Shown here: positions 38,060-52,383 of the stretch, one piece after another
Position numbering within the stretch: the stretch's first letter is position 1
Layout: the number at the start of each line of letters is the position of its first letter
Source of the DNA: Octopus bimaculoides
Taxonomy: Eukaryota
Assembly (NCBI RefSeq): GCF_001194135.2
Contig: NC_068988.1
Span: 82,492,982-82,550,638 of the forward strand
Length of the DNA: 57,657 nt
Reading direction: 5' to 3'
The notes under the pieces: model-generated
Database searches by the model: none
What the model saw: the letters and a program-made list of their open reading frames with translations, nothing else
Told to the model about the DNA's origin: nothing
Position numbers and translations under genes: made by a program

Positions 38060-40485
38060 CACACACACACATATATGAGGGGCTACCACATTGTTTTCAG
38101 CAACTAGATTCACTCATATACCATTGGTCAGCCTAGAGCTATAATAGGTAACATGGTAGGATTGAACCCAAAATGCGGTTGTGAAAGGAGTGTCTTATCC
38201 TTGCAGCCATGCTTGTACCTGTAGAGATTAATTATGTGACAAATGGTATTTAATGTCAGGAATAATAGGCAAGATGCAAAGTTCCTTAGTCGTTACAAAG
38301 ATGAAAAAAACCAGCTGACTGAAATGATCTCAGAATACTATTGGTATTTATTGATGATAAAGGAGTGGAATGCATGTATGGGTGGATTTGAACTCAGAAC
38401 ACAGTGACAAAAATATTTTATCTAGTGTGATGCTATTTCTGTTGGTTTGTTGCAGAAATAGAACTGACCCTAAGAATTTCAGAGACGTTAGAAATAAATT
38501 TAGATTTCTTAATAATGTCTTTTGGAGAAATATCTTTTTATTGAATCAATACAAACTTTGGTTAATCAATAAATATTGAGCATGTTTTGTTTTGTTTTTC
38601 TGTTAACACATGACAACTGTTTTTAATAGATTTTTACATCAATATATTACATATAAAATAAAAACAACTCACCACATACTGATAATTCCACATGAGAAAT
38701 ACAAAGAGATTTTCAAATGCAAATAGTATACATAGAAAATTACATGAATAGTCCAAGAGAAAGTGATCAGTGCAAAAGAACAAAACTAATGGCAACCTTG
38801 GACGAGAGGTAGCACCAAGAACAAAAGACTAATGTGTCTAGTAGTTAACTAGTCTGAACCAAAACAAAACAGAAAAGACACTACAAGTTCCGCTAAACAC
38901 ACTTGGAACACATATTCTCCTACCCAAGGGAACTTAGACACAACACTCTAGCAAACAAAACACACCAGTATGTTGCAGAGAAATATTAATAAATGGTTTT
39001 ATAAGCACTGAAAACAGCTAACAGAATGATTTTAGGCTTTTAAATTAGATCTTAAATCTGAAAAACTACATTTTTAATTGCAACAAAATTAAATGTAAGA
39101 GAAATTCAGAAATTACAGGTTGTGTGATTTGTATAGTATTTTTGGCAAACAACCAGTCAAGTTAGTACTTCACATTAAATTAGAAGTCATGAGCTGAGTA
39201 TTTAGTAATTAGCAAACAGGATTAGAGGTTACACATACACATTATCTTAGAAAGAATATTTGCAGACACTTTTTACACTTCTAATATAAATAATTGAATA
39301 TCAAAATTTTTTTTTTTAATTTTGAAAGGATGAATTATCTTTGTTTTCGGGGGGAGGGGGGTAAGGAAAGAATTTAGCAGTTTAAAATTTTATAATACAA
39401 TTAGCTAAGAGAGTTGTACTTTAATACCAATAAAGATTAGCTGTAACATCAAGAATTTGTTGAGAATATTTTTAAAAGGTGTGCCTTTTAAGAGGAGAAA
39501 CAAGTTTAATGAGATACTAGTCAGAACACTTACACAAACTGCAAAGGAAGTAACATATTGTCTAGTGCAGTTATAGATCATTAAAAATCAAGATATATTT
39601 GCATTTAGAAGGAAAATTATATCACCATGTTACAATCACCTTCAAATCAGGTCATTAACACTCTAAGACTTGAATTTCTACATTAACATGACATTTCAGA
39701 TTTACAGGAAGGAGATGCAGGAAGGGATAAGAATTCAGTTTTCATACTTTTCCTATGTTATATAAAATTGTTACAATCAAAAAAATACAAATTGTTTATT
39801 TTTTATGAAGGTAAGAGCATTTTTTTGTTTTCCAACTAAATGACTGAACGGAAACAGAGAAGCATACTTTATATAATCTCTCAACACCCAGCATAAAGTT
39901 ATTTCCTTCACTACTGCACGACCACTCAGTTGAGAGGTATTATTTAGTGACCTCACTAGTGACAGTGTCTCGAAAAAGACACCCAGTATATTATGTAAAG
40001 TGGTTGGCATATGGAAGGACATACAGCTCCAAAAACCATGCCAAAGCAGACACTGGAGCTCAAAAAGTCCTCTGGCTTGACAAAAAACTTGTGAAACTAT
40101 CCAACCTAAGTCAGAATGGAAGACAAGCATTAAACAATGATGATGATGGCATGTGTGTGTGTGCGCATGTGTGTAAACAATAATATTGGTTGTGTTTTGT
40201 TATTTTTTTAAAAGAGAATCACTGGCTCTCTGCATTTCCAGTGATGACACTTGATGCAGTTCAGGTAGATGTATTTTTTCAAACCAGTTCCATCCATTTT
40301 CTTATAAATGTCCACACACATTATAGATTTTTACAGTCCCTGCCTACTAAATTCCACTCTCAAATTATGGATCAATCCAAGTTTAAGTCAAAGACACGTC
40401 TCAAAGGTGCCATGCAGTAGGATCAAGCCCAGAACTATTTAGTTGTGAAGGAGACTTAACTACATAGCAATCCATACTTATAGCC

Positions 40486-40516
<31 letters not shown>

Positions 40517-40610
40517 TGTTTAATGTCCGCTTTCCATGCTAACATGGGTAGGACGATTGGACTGAGGACTGGCAAGTCAGAAGGCTGCACCAGGCTCCAA
40601 TCTGATCATG
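40486..40610 (-). mobile_element. RTE-tail SINE fragment
   Basis: (CAT)n then ttgtttaatgtccgctttccatgctaacatgggtaggacg, the reverse complement of the tail at 330-378. Confidence 0.7.
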
Positions 40611-42360
40611 CACAGCAGAGCTGAAGGTCAATCTGTGCCAAGCAGCTTCTTTCTGTGCACTTTAGCTTCATTACTTTGGCAACAATCTGGATACTTATTG
40701 ATCAGACCTTGTATACACATTCTTCCACAAGTAAATGTTAGATAAATAAGGTGGCATGTTGCAAACCTGTATCTTATGAGTAAAAATATGATGGATCACA
40801 ATGGATCAAAGATAAGAATTCATAATTTTTTTATTTCCCCTCTACCAAAGTTGCAGAAAGCCTCTGCTAAGGGGCACACTATCACTGATGAAAATAGCTG
40901 AACATACACACAACACATGGAAACGCACCTCCTGCCACTTTCAACATGGCTAGCTAGTAGAAATAACAAATTTATACAAGTTAGCCATGTTATAACATAC
41001 TAAATTTGTTTTTTTAACCCATTTGTATTGTAACTCCTAGTGACAAAGATAGATAATATAAAAAGGTCACCATATTTCTTATGAAATGTACTATATGTGC
41101 TTCAACTGATATATTAAATTGTTCATAATTTGGAAGGATTTAGTAAATAACTCTATTATTAACTTAGAACATGACAAAAGATAAAAATCACTTACAATAA
41201 AATGACTTTTTTTAAATCATAGAAGACATGATGTGAGGAAGGGCGGTATCAAAATGGTTGAGTCAAAGAGATTACATTTTAGGATCATCAAGTAGCTTGA
41301 AATTCAATTCTAATTTGAATACTGAATTAGCAGTAAAAAAAAAAAAAAAAAGTCAAGGGTTTTTAAGTAGAAACCATCAACACATTCCAAAAGAAACAAC
41401 AGCCAGACCTTTCACTTGTTATTGTTAACTTATTTTAATTATATAAATGATTTTTAAAATACACCGATAGAAATAATGATTCCTTCACTAATTTTTTACA
41501 TGGATTTTGAGATGGTTCATTTTTTGCCTTTTTCATTTATTTTTAGAACAAAAAACAGTTCTCATCACAAAATATGACACCCACCTCCTTAAAATCCCAT
41601 TAGACAATTATCATTTTGAAAACAACCTAAAATTTAACAAAAGGAAACAACTGAAATACACAAGAGTTTATATAAAATGCATTCAACATTCACGTCATTA
41701 CAACTTAAAATTAGCATAGAAGAGACAGTTTGAAAATCCGTTTTAAGTAGTTTTTAAAGTGTTCCACTGTACAGTTTACAAGATCCTGAAAGAGAATTTT
41801 AGTGACATTTTGAAAAAAAATAATGAATTAAATCTACATTTCTAAAAATATTTAAATCAGCATATTCTAGATCTTATGAACATAACTATTGATTTCATTA
41901 AAATTCTATTTCTTTCTATCAAAATGAAACTAAAAAGAAAAAATATTAAATTAATTTTACTAATCTTAATCCAAAGCTGTCATTGGTAAGAATAAAATAG
42001 ATTAAATACCATTTGAATATATGGAAAATTTGTTAAACAATTTATTCACTTATTCAATGGTAGTTTACATGGAACATCAATTAAAGAAGTATGTTTGAAG
42101 CTAAATGTGAAGCTGTTATTATCTGTTTGATGCGACTAATGAAGGAAATTAAAAAGTGCTGTAAAAGTATCCCATCAGACCTTGATTTATTTAGTAACTG
42201 GTAAGAAGTACAAAGACACAGCTAATGAAGTCTAATTGTATTCTTTGCCCACCAGATCCAGACTTCTATGAGTAACAAAGTGAGATTGTGTGTGTGTTAA
42301 TGATAAATAAACATATCAAGTAAATTATTTCTTAATAGTTGTTACTGACAATGGAAATGG

Positions 42361-42402
<42 letters not shown>

Positions 42403-44874
42403 ACATGCACATAAGTACAAGCAAGGCTGTGTCTGCAACTACATTCATTTGGGTACAGTCCCACTGCATGAAAACTTTGGCAATTGTGTTCTACTACAAT
42501 AGCTTTGTAAGTGAAACTGGTAGGCAGAAACTTAAAAAGGCTCATCATATATATGTGCATGTTTATTTTCCCTTGTTAAAATCAGAATATTAATATATAC
42601 AATACTCTACCGAAAAGTGGTGAATAATCCCTCAACATTGAACTGTTTTTATGTAATATCATTCTCATTGCTTTAACATTTGCTTTTCTATGCATGCATG
42701 GGTCAGATGGAATTTTGTTGAGGCAGATTTTCTACAGCCAGATGCCCTACCAACACCCACTTGTTTCCAAGTAAGGTAATATGCTCTCCAAGACTAGACA
42801 TGTTTTCACAGATGATTAGAAATGAATGACACTGCTTGCATCAAATGATGCCAAAGAAAGGGGACAGTAACATATACACACACTTTATACATACACTACA
42901 CACACATGCTGGGCTCCTTTTAGCTTCAATTTTCCTAATGCACTTACAAAGCTTGGGTCAACCTGGGGCTATAGCTGAAGACACTTGCCCAGGGTAACCC
43001 TAATCCATGCTTGTGCCTATATAACGATAAATATTTCTATGTGTTACACATAAACACCCATACACTTTTTTTTAATATACATCTTTACAAAAAACAGTCA
43101 AACATAAATTGAAGAATCATATAAACACACACACACATACACATACACACATACAATTAAGTTTGAGTGTTATTTCCATGTGCTCTCACTAAAACCACTA
43201 GAAGCAAAACTGTTATATGGTTAATGCTTTCTAGCAATCATCACTCAGCTATCTTGTCAGCCTTTATGTGTGAGGACCTGTTTGAATGGGAATAACTTCG
43301 TTGAAAAGTGGGTTGGTGCAAAGAAGACCACCTCGCAGTAGAAAATCATACCTCAACAAGTTTTGTGTAACCCATGCTAGCATCCACACACACACACACA
43401 CACGCACACACACACATAGTAAAATTTGGGTTCAGACTATATGAAAATATAAATGATGACAGGCAATAAACAGAGGATTAAATACTAAATCAAAATATCT
43501 AGACACTAATTAAATACTTGTCTCTTATTATATATCAGTTTTCTCTTTCCAGTGAGATGTTAAATAAACAACACTTTGTTTTGTTTGTGTTTCTCTTTTG
43601 GTGAATGTGAAATTACTCCCCTCTTAAGTTGCCGAGTCATAAAGGGTGTGGTTTGCAGTCATAACTTGGTAGACATACACTAACAGTAAAGAATTTCATT
43701 ATTATTTCACTTCTTTGACTCATTTTGCAAGGATGCTTTAAACATTCTAAGCCATAAAGATGTTAAGAAATTATCAATATATGTGGGTGTGGGGGTTGCC
43801 TTGCACCACACAGTATAATGCATATATGGGCCAAGAAGGAAACAACAGCTCTTCATTAATAATTTAATCAGTAATGAAGTTTGCATACTGAATGTTTTCA
43901 TATGCATGAAGATAAATACAACCAAAGCTGACTAGAATTACTATTGGAAGACTCTGTGCGCACGCGTGTGCGTGTGCGAATTAAGGAGACTCAACTGGTT
44001 CAATAATTTGAAAAAGAAGACATTCATTAGTGTTCAAAAAGGAAAAACAGATACAGTAGTCTTCTGCCCACCACTTCTTCAAAGACAGACCAAGGCCAAC
44101 TGACTAGGCATTATTGGGCCAAGAATATCAAGATAGTCAGAGCCAAAACATTTAACTCTGGACTGAAAGTGTCATTGTTTAGGTTTATATCAATGTTGAA
44201 ACTATAATGTGTATGTTGGGGGGGGGGGACTGATTCACAGAAGTAGCTAGTCTAAGTATAAAGGTGTTTTCTAAACCTTATGTATTTCATGATGCTCTCC
44301 AGATTTCTAGTGGTTTTAAATGTTATCTAAATCTAACTTCATTTGAATACCAGTAAAGATAATCATCACTGGAAATGGCTGATGTCTATTAAAAGTGAAT
44401 AGCATTACCAATGAATGGATATTTAAAGCAAGAGGAAGCTTTGAAGCTGACAGACAAATTTTGGATTGACATTTTCGAGCAAAACAACCTTTTCACAAAA
44501 TAAATAAAATAGCTTAATTTACAACCCCAGTTTTGTTAGGTTCCTAGTTTTCCATACAATGGAGGGAAATACCATTCTAAACAGAATAATGAAATTTATG
44601 TTGATCAAAGTGAATTTCAATCCACAGAAGACAATACCAATGAAAATGACACAACAAAGATCATAGTGAGGATGAAGATGATGGCATTAAAGTTAACAAT
44701 AATAAGGAGAAAATATTTTGTAAAAGCAGTTTCTGAAAGTATCAAAACTGATTATGAATTGTTTTGAGCAATGTTTTTGTTGACACTTTCATAAAATAAA
44801 TATGCCAGCCATCTATCAAATAACAGCAGTTAATGCAATCCTGAGGAAGAATACTTGAACTCAATCAGCCTAAA

Positions 44875-45120
44875 CCATTTTAATGACAATCAATCTGAGA
44901 CCACCACTGGTTTTAATACCAGCCTACCTGAGACTATTCCTGGACTTACAAACTTGTTTTAAAGTTATCTAAATCAAAACCTCCCATTAATATTTCATGC
45001 TAATTTGTGCTCCAAATACAAGCTTAAAATTCAAACTTATTTTACAAAATTCCTTCATTATTTTCAAAATTAATTGAAACAAAGGCAGTGTATTTCAACA
45101 GAAATATGCTAACAAAAGGG
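44875..45120. mobile_element. piggyBac-like MITE, second family
   Basis: Right end ...tatgctaacaaaaggg|TTAA. Degenerate left end ctaa|accattttaatgac. Confidence 0.5.
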
Positions 45121-46447
45121 TTAATAACTAACTGCAGATTTTAATTTAAACTGAAATGATATTGTAATGTCCAATACTCTCCCCAAACTTTTTTTCCTTT
45201 TAATTTTCAAATCAAAGCAAATTTTCTAGCATAGTTAAATTAATATTTCCTATACTTCATAATTTTTTTAAAATATAATTAAAAGATTTTTTTTTGCTTT
45301 TTATCAAGAATAAACCAAGCCACTACAAAAACCAAAACAAAAAAAAAAGCATTAAAATAACTCATCAATTAACAATAAAAAAAATTACTAAATAACCTTC
45401 AACACTGTTTTAAACTGAGAAATAATTAACTAAATATAGCTCAAGTAACATTGAAAATGACAAATACCTGAGTATATTCCCAACAAATAGTTTAAACAAC
45501 TTCATTCATTATGACAAATACCTGAATTAATATATTCCCAAGTTTAATATAAACAAGAATTAGCCAAGAATTTTGAATGTAGTTCCACATACAAATAATA
45601 ATAATAATAATAATAGCAATAATAATCCTTTCTACGACAGGCACAGGGCCTAAAAATGTGGTGGAAGATGTTAATCAATTACACTGACTCCAGGGCTTAT
45701 CTGGTACTTATTTTATTGACTCTAAAAGGAGGAAAGGTAAAATAAACCTCAACGTAATTTGAACTCAAGAGCCAGAAGAAATGCCACTAAGCATTTTGTC
45801 CAACTAACTAACGATTCTGCCAGCTTGCCATCTTAATAATTCCTTCAAATTTTGGCACAAGGCCAGCAATTTTTAGAGGAGGAGGGGGTAAGTCAATTAC
45901 ATCGATCCCAGTGCTCAACTACTACTTATTTTATTGACCTCAGAAGGATGAAAGGCAAAACCAACCAATAGAACTATGTAAACTGAACGACAAATACTGT
46001 GTAAACTAAAACCTTATAAACCTAAACTTTGAAGAACTTTAACAAATATATTCATTCTATGAATAGAGAGTAAAATGACAACAAAGTTGAAAGACTTGAT
46101 TAAATTACATTAGAAACTGATTTTGACTTCTTTTCATTTTGTATACACATATGCAGGCAGATGCACAAACGCACTCACACACACAATATATGTTATGTAA
46201 AACTTGTAAAACATACAGAAGTGTAAGTTATACAGAATGTACACATTGTTCAATACACAAATCTATACTCTGAATAGAGTGGAAAGATATGTTTATTATA
46301 GCAAAAGGTGACAATTTACTCCAGTTTCACTGGTTAGTCAACTGGCTGCTAAAACAGGAATAAACTGTCATGTTAACATCATTGTTTCATGTCTGCCTTC
46401 TATGCTGGCATGTGTATCCAAAAATTAAGGAATGGAGTAGAAAAAAA

Positions 46448-46539
46448 CCCAGGCTACGTATGTTTCATAGTGAGCAGAACCTCAGAAGTAGTAATTATCC
46501 AAGCGAGGTGTATGCCGCAGGCTACTCTTCAGGCCAAGG
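46448..46539 (-). ncRNA. Minimal type I hammerhead ribozyme, same strand as the TSC22 gene
   Basis: Minus strand: ccttggc-CTGAAGA(46532-46526)-gtag...ctat-GAAA(46466-46463)-C-atac-G-TA(cleavage between 46455 and 46454)-gcctggg. Stem I 6 of 7 bp. Stem II gtag/ctat, then gcgg/ctgc and acctcg/tgaggt. Confidence 0.8.
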
Positions 46540-46944
46540 ATATCTTGATTATATGAAGTTTACATAGCTATTAGGAGACCTATGTTAACACATCAGCAAA
46601 GGAAACCGATAGAATAAGTACTAAACAAAACAAAAGTACTGGAGTTGATTTGCTCAACCCTTCAAAGCTACAGTTCAATGAATTTCTTACCACACATGTG
46701 TGTGAGAGAGTGCACACACATACACACACCTGTTTCATAATGAAAGTGCAGTATGCCTGAAAATATTCACATAACATAAAAATGCCTCACTCCACCATTT
46801 TTTTTTTTTCGCAAATTTATTATCCATTGTGTTTCTATAGTTATTGTTTACCAAGTCAACAGTTCAGGGATAAAGAAACAGTGGAGAGAGATTATGAAGA
46901 TTCAGTAAGCAAAATGGTTGAATGAAAGAATGAACAAACACATT

Positions 46945-47107
46945 CTTTTCTACTATAGGCACAAGGCCTGAAAATCTTGGGGAGGGGGCCAGTCGATTAG
47001 ATCAACCCCAGTATGTAACTGGTACTTAATTTATCGACCCCAAAAGAATGAAAGGCACAGTTGATGAAAGGCACAGTTGATGAAAGGCACAGTTGATGAA
47101 AGGCACA
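46945..47107 (+). mobile_element. SINE family C fragment (aggcacaaggcctgaaa...gtacttaatttatcgacc...tgaaaggc)
   Basis: The same core recurs near 11880-12070, 14330-14450, 14570-14760(-), 16520-16710(-), 29360-29570 and 45620-45960. Confidence 0.65.
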
Positions 47108-47185
47108 TATTACTCAGGTGCATTGCAGCAGTTGAACTTTGAAAACAATAAGTGTGAATGTTAAGCATTTATTTTTTCCACATGT

Positions 47186-47570
47186 ATGGCTGTGTGGTTA
47201 AGAAGTTCACTTCTCAGCCACTTGATTTGGAGTTCAGTTCCCCACTATGTGGAATCTATGGTTCCAGGCTGACCAAAACTTTGTGAGTGGATTTGGTGGA
47301 CAGAAACTGAAAAAAGCCTGTTGTGTATGTATGTTAGTGTCTTCTTGTTTTGACACTGCATGGTAGTTGTAAATAAGTGTCACTTCATACAAGTGGCGCC
47401 TATCATTACCAAAATCCCATGAAAACATATCTGGTCACAGGGAAATATCTTACTTGGAAACAAGTGGGGGGTTGCAATAGGAAGGGCATCCAGCAGTAGA
47501 AAATCTGTCTCAACAAATTCCATCCAAACTATACAAGCATGGAAAAGCAGATGTGATGGTGTTGATGATG
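47186..47570 (+). mobile_element. SINE with family-A head and RTE-derived tail (family B)
   Basis: The 5' half matches family A (atggctgtgtggttaagaag...gagtggatttggt...aactgaaa). The 3' half is the ggaagggcatccagc...gcatggaaaag...gatgatg RTE tail. Confidence 0.7.
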
Positions 47571-49545
47571 AAGAATTAATTTCTTAAAAGACTGTAAAAA
47601 GTAAGGCATTGCTGTATGTTGATGTAGAAAATACTTTAACTTGTGTGTGAACATACAAACAAAGATAACATAGTAATTATTAAATTCAGTTTTAAGTATA
47701 TATATATATATTTGAGGTTATTGTGTTTGAATCAGGAGTGTGGAGTCAGAAAGAATTATTGAATTACTGGAATTAGACTCGGAGTCAGTAAAAATGTACT
47801 AATTCTAAACTAAGTATAAAATGTAATGTGTTAATATTTCTGATATTACAAAGACTAATTTGAAAATAATACAGCTTTAAGAGCTTCTAAGAAGGGTCAT
47901 GAAACATAGATTTTTGTTTCTAAGACACTAGTCAATAAAAGGTTTGATTTAATCCCTATTCTAGATACAATATTTAATATATTCTGAAAGGTTAAATTTT
48001 TCAATCCTCTACAATATAAGTTTTTGTTTCATTTAATAGAATCTTTCATGTTCCACTCAACAGTTTTATATTCCAACACTTTAATCTTAGAAAAGAAGTG
48101 TTATGTATCTAATTAAGTTTATATCTTAAAATTTGTTCGACCTTTTAGTTTTAACTCTGATGTACTTCAGATTTCTGAACTGGTAAATAAAAACATTCCT
48201 GATTTTCATTTATAATATTTTTATAGTTTATTTCTTTTATACTTCATTTTTACTATATTTGTGAATTTTGTCTCATGCTTAATTGCTTGTATGCTTCATT
48301 AATAAATAATATAAAATCACTCACACTGGCATTGTTATTGCCTCTAAACCTACACATATACATACAAGGTGATGCCCCAGCATAGCCATAATCTAATGAC
48401 TAAAACAAGCAAAAAGAAAAATGAAAAAAAAGTACACATATATATATGTGTGTGGGTGCACACCCACATATACTTCTATTACCCTGTTTTATTTCCATTT
48501 ATCATGCTGACATGAGTTAGACAGGTTGTCACAAATGAAGTCAGTACTTCCACATCTCACTCAAACTTTCCATTTGCTATGGTTTCTTGTTATGATGCTG
48601 GATGCCTAACACCAGCCACTTTACAGAATTTTACTTTAAATGGTTATAGAAACACAAAGAGATATATACCTCTCTCTCTCTCAGAGAGAGAGAGAACTCA
48701 GAAAGAGTTGTGCAAACAAGGAGAAAAAATGAATATTCAATATGTATTTTAAAAGCTGATCACATTTATTATAAACTGAAAACTTCACTGTTAATCTAAA
48801 TTTCCTATTTTTATGATTTATGAATATCCACTTATATTTGAACTAAGCGGTGATAATTCATACTAAGTATGGAAAAATATGTAGGCATTAATTAGTTAAT
48901 ATTGAACTCTGGCTAGTACACAAACAAACTGGACCACACTCTGCTGACATAATTGTGCTGAAACTCATAACCTTAGACACATTTTTTACTTAAGGACCAC
49001 AAGGAATATTTCAATAAGATTAATTAATGCCACAAGACATAAGGCTTGGTAGCTAAGGTATTGAACTCATGATCATAAGTTTGTGGTTTTCATTCCCAGA
49101 CTGAGTAGTGTTATAGTCTTGAATAAAGCACTTCATGTTTTGTTGCACCAGTCCACTCAGTTGAAAATGAGTACCAGCAGCAGATTGGGAGTTAACTCTA
49201 CAATGGTCTGCCCTACCATTCAAACGAAGGGGCAATACTGTACTTTCTTAGTCACCTATAAATCATGGAAATCAAGATAAGATCCAGCCTAACAAGCCTG
49301 TAGGCTTGGGATAGACTTCTTTTAACATTATACATGATGAGTAAATACAGTAAGTAGAATTAATTATCTAATTCTTGATAGGATCATACCTAAAAGGCCC
49401 AGTTACATTTATTACTAGAAAAAGAGAAAAAAAACACTGAGCCATTATCTAGGATTGTTGCTTCCCAAATGAGCAAAATACTAGCTTTCTGCAATTTGAT
49501 ATTAGAAATTACTAGGCTTCAGAGACCTTAACACTGCTAGCTGAA

Positions 49546-49763
49546 CCCTTTAGTGTTCAGATTATTCTGTCAAATGTAATGTTTATTTATTCACATCGTT
49601 TTGAATTATTCATTCATGATCAAATAGTTTTTAAGATTTTGGTGATGTGATTGTGTATTTTTAGAATGACATTGTAGGGTAAGTGTGAGAAGCTAGAAGC
49701 CTTTTTGAATAGAAAAGATGTAGAATATTTGGGCCAGATATGGCTGGTTTAAATGCTAAAGGG
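49546..49763. mobile_element. piggyBac-like MITE
   Basis: TIRs CCCTTTAGTGTTCAG and TTTAAATGCTAAAGGG, flanked by TGAA (degenerate) and TTAA. Confidence 0.7.
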
Positions 49764-49964
49764 TTAAGGCTCTATACTTTGCTATGTCTATTACAAATAC
49801 TGAACAATTAGAAATCAAGATTTTGTAAGCCAGGGATAAAACTGTTGTAAATCATGACCAGTCCCACTGTGTGGGCATATGTCATCTATAACCTCATGTT
49901 GACTAGAACCTTGTGAGTGGGTGTAGTAGATATAGAAACTGAGAGAAGCCTGTCATTAGTGTAT

Positions 49965-49995
<31 letters not shown>

Positions 49996-50835
49996 CATGC
50001 ATGTGTGTGTGTATCTTTGACTTGACATTGTAAATGAGCATCACCATCATACAAGTGACGTTGTTGATTTCCAATCTTCTACAAAGAATATGACTGGCCA
50101 AAGGAAATATTACCTTTCTTGGAAACAAGTGAGGAATAGCTACAGAAAGGCAAAAAGGCTGTAGAAATCTGTCCCTCTATACCCAAATTCCAAATGACTC
50201 ATGCAAACATGGAGAAGTAATTATGATAATGATGATGGAGTTAATGACTTAGCTGAAGTAACAGATCTAATTGAGCTGTAACTGCTATTTAAATTCAATG
50301 TGATTTCCAATTATATCAGAATACATTTTACCAAGCAGATAGCTTATTATCTTACTTGCAACTCACAAACAATGCATAGAATTGAGAAAAAAATCCTTCA
50401 TTTTCTTTTTTTATATTTACATGGATAATTCTACCACTGTAGATTCTAGCATTACCACAGTTAACTGCTCAGACATAATACTTAACCTTACAAATCATCT
50501 CTAATATCCTTATTGCAAACCCAATGAGACAAAAACTATCTAAATAGATAGTCGAACCAATCCAGAAAACTCACAAGGAATATAGATGAAGAACAATATC
50601 ATGAGACCTTAGTAAGAAGTATCTTTAAAAGCAAAATATATAACATTCCACCTAATGGAATAAGAAACACTAGAGCTAGATCTAAACAAACCTGTTTGGT
50701 ATAATTTTCCACATATTTAAAAGTAACTACTCGTATAACCTACTTAGAAAAAAATCTCTCTCCTCAGCATAAATTCTGTATGGTAAGAAAGATTGCAGTT
50801 GAGAAGCAAGCTTCTTACCACACAGCCATGTCTGC

Positions 50836-50878
<43 letters not shown>

Positions 50879-51242
50879 TGCTTCATCTTACCCTCTCCCA
50901 ATTAAAACTTTTCTTCATGTTTTGTTATCCTAACACCACACACATTTGTATATAAATACAAAATACACATTCAACATTGTACCTTTGGACCCTTAATGGT
51001 TATCTCAACAAGTTATTAACAATTGTTTCTTGGCTTAGCAATCACATAAAGAATGAAATCTGGATAAGATTCATCAAGAATTGGTTCATACCATTTATAT
51101 ATATGATTCAAAAGTTTGAATTTGATGTAATTTAAATAGGAAACATTTTTGTAAATATAAAGAACACACAGTTTAAACAGAAGAACTAATATAATGTCAT
51201 GTATTTATACACAAAGTTTAACTTTCTCATTTCTCTTTCAAA

Positions 51243-51629
51243 TGTAAGAAGCTTGCTTCCCAACCACATTATTCACAGCTCACTCCCACAGTGAAGCAAC
51301 TTGGGAAAGCTATCTTCTACAATAGCACTGGGCCAACCAAAGGTCTGTGAGCGGATTTGGTAGCCCAAAACTGAAAGAAACCAGTGTGTGTGCGTGCGTG
51401 CGTGTGTGTAAGAATTTATTTGTATATGTCTTTGTGTTTGTCTTCCACTGTTGCTTGACAGTAGGTTTTGTTTGTTTACATCTCTAACTTAGTGGTTCAG
51501 AAAACAGGTGAATAGAATAAGAATCAGGCTTTAAAATAAGCACTGGAATAAGTTCACTCAACTAAAATTTTTAAGATGCTGCCCCAGCATGGCGACAGAA
51601 CAATCACTGAAACAAGCAAAAGGTAAAAG
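51243..51629 (+). mobile_element. Near full-length tRNA-derived SINE (family A)
   Basis: Colinear with 36358-36748 from head to tail. Confidence 0.7.
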
Positions 51630-52107
51630 CTGGAAGTTTTGATCCTGACGCAGAAGATTAAAAGGATTGTGCCCCTGACCACCATCCACAGCTATTCAAA
51701 GGTCACTGACTTCTTGTATGTAATTACTTTCTCTGTGTTTAGAAATAAAAAGCCGCAGACTTCCCACTGAGTCATGTTATCCATGGTTAAGAGGAAAGAA
51801 AATATTCTCAGCAGCCAAGATAGCTCCAGCTGCAAGTGCATGACAAAACTTCGTAAATTAGTAGAATGTACTACCAGACATACACATGAGGACATAAGAA
51901 ACAAAAATGTCCTGTGTAGTAAGAAGACAGTTCCAATCAGAAAGATGAAATTTAAGACAGGCTGTGGTACATTATGTTTTGACATTTTCCATATATTACC
52001 TGCAAAATATGTCTACAAGCAAACACACGCACTGCAGCTGGTATCTTCTATCTAGTTATTCATCAATTTTGATAAATACATGTGCATATATATATATGGG
52101 TTGGATG

Positions 52108-52149
<42 letters not shown>

Positions 52150-52383
52150 CATCTAACCCGTGCCAGCATGAACAATGGACATTGAATGTTGATATATACA
52201 CACAAACATAGATACACATATATAGAGGGATATATAGGCATATGTATATATATACATATATATACACATATATATACATACATATATACACATATATATA
52301 TATACTTAAATATATATACATATATATATNNNNNNNNNNTATATATATACATACATACACACACACGTTGACATAAACACATA

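Noticed and set aside
40880-40935. CTGATGA ... GAAACGCAC hammerhead-like spacing
   Set aside because: No GUH after the loop (CTC), and neither stem I nor stem II can pair.
44411-44700. Possible piggyBac transposase N-terminus (MNGYLKQEEALKL..., acidic SEDEDD patch)
   Set aside because: Only compositional resemblance, with no catalytic motifs or matching TIR located.
46370-46567. 65-aa plus-strand ORF
   Set aside because: No homology. Its elevated GC content is explained by the minus-strand hammerhead structure.
51630-52055. 93-aa ORF with KKPQT and EDIRN, faintly like hAT/Buster transposases
   Set aside because: The matches are too short to call. A tBLASTn against hAT consensus sequences would decide.
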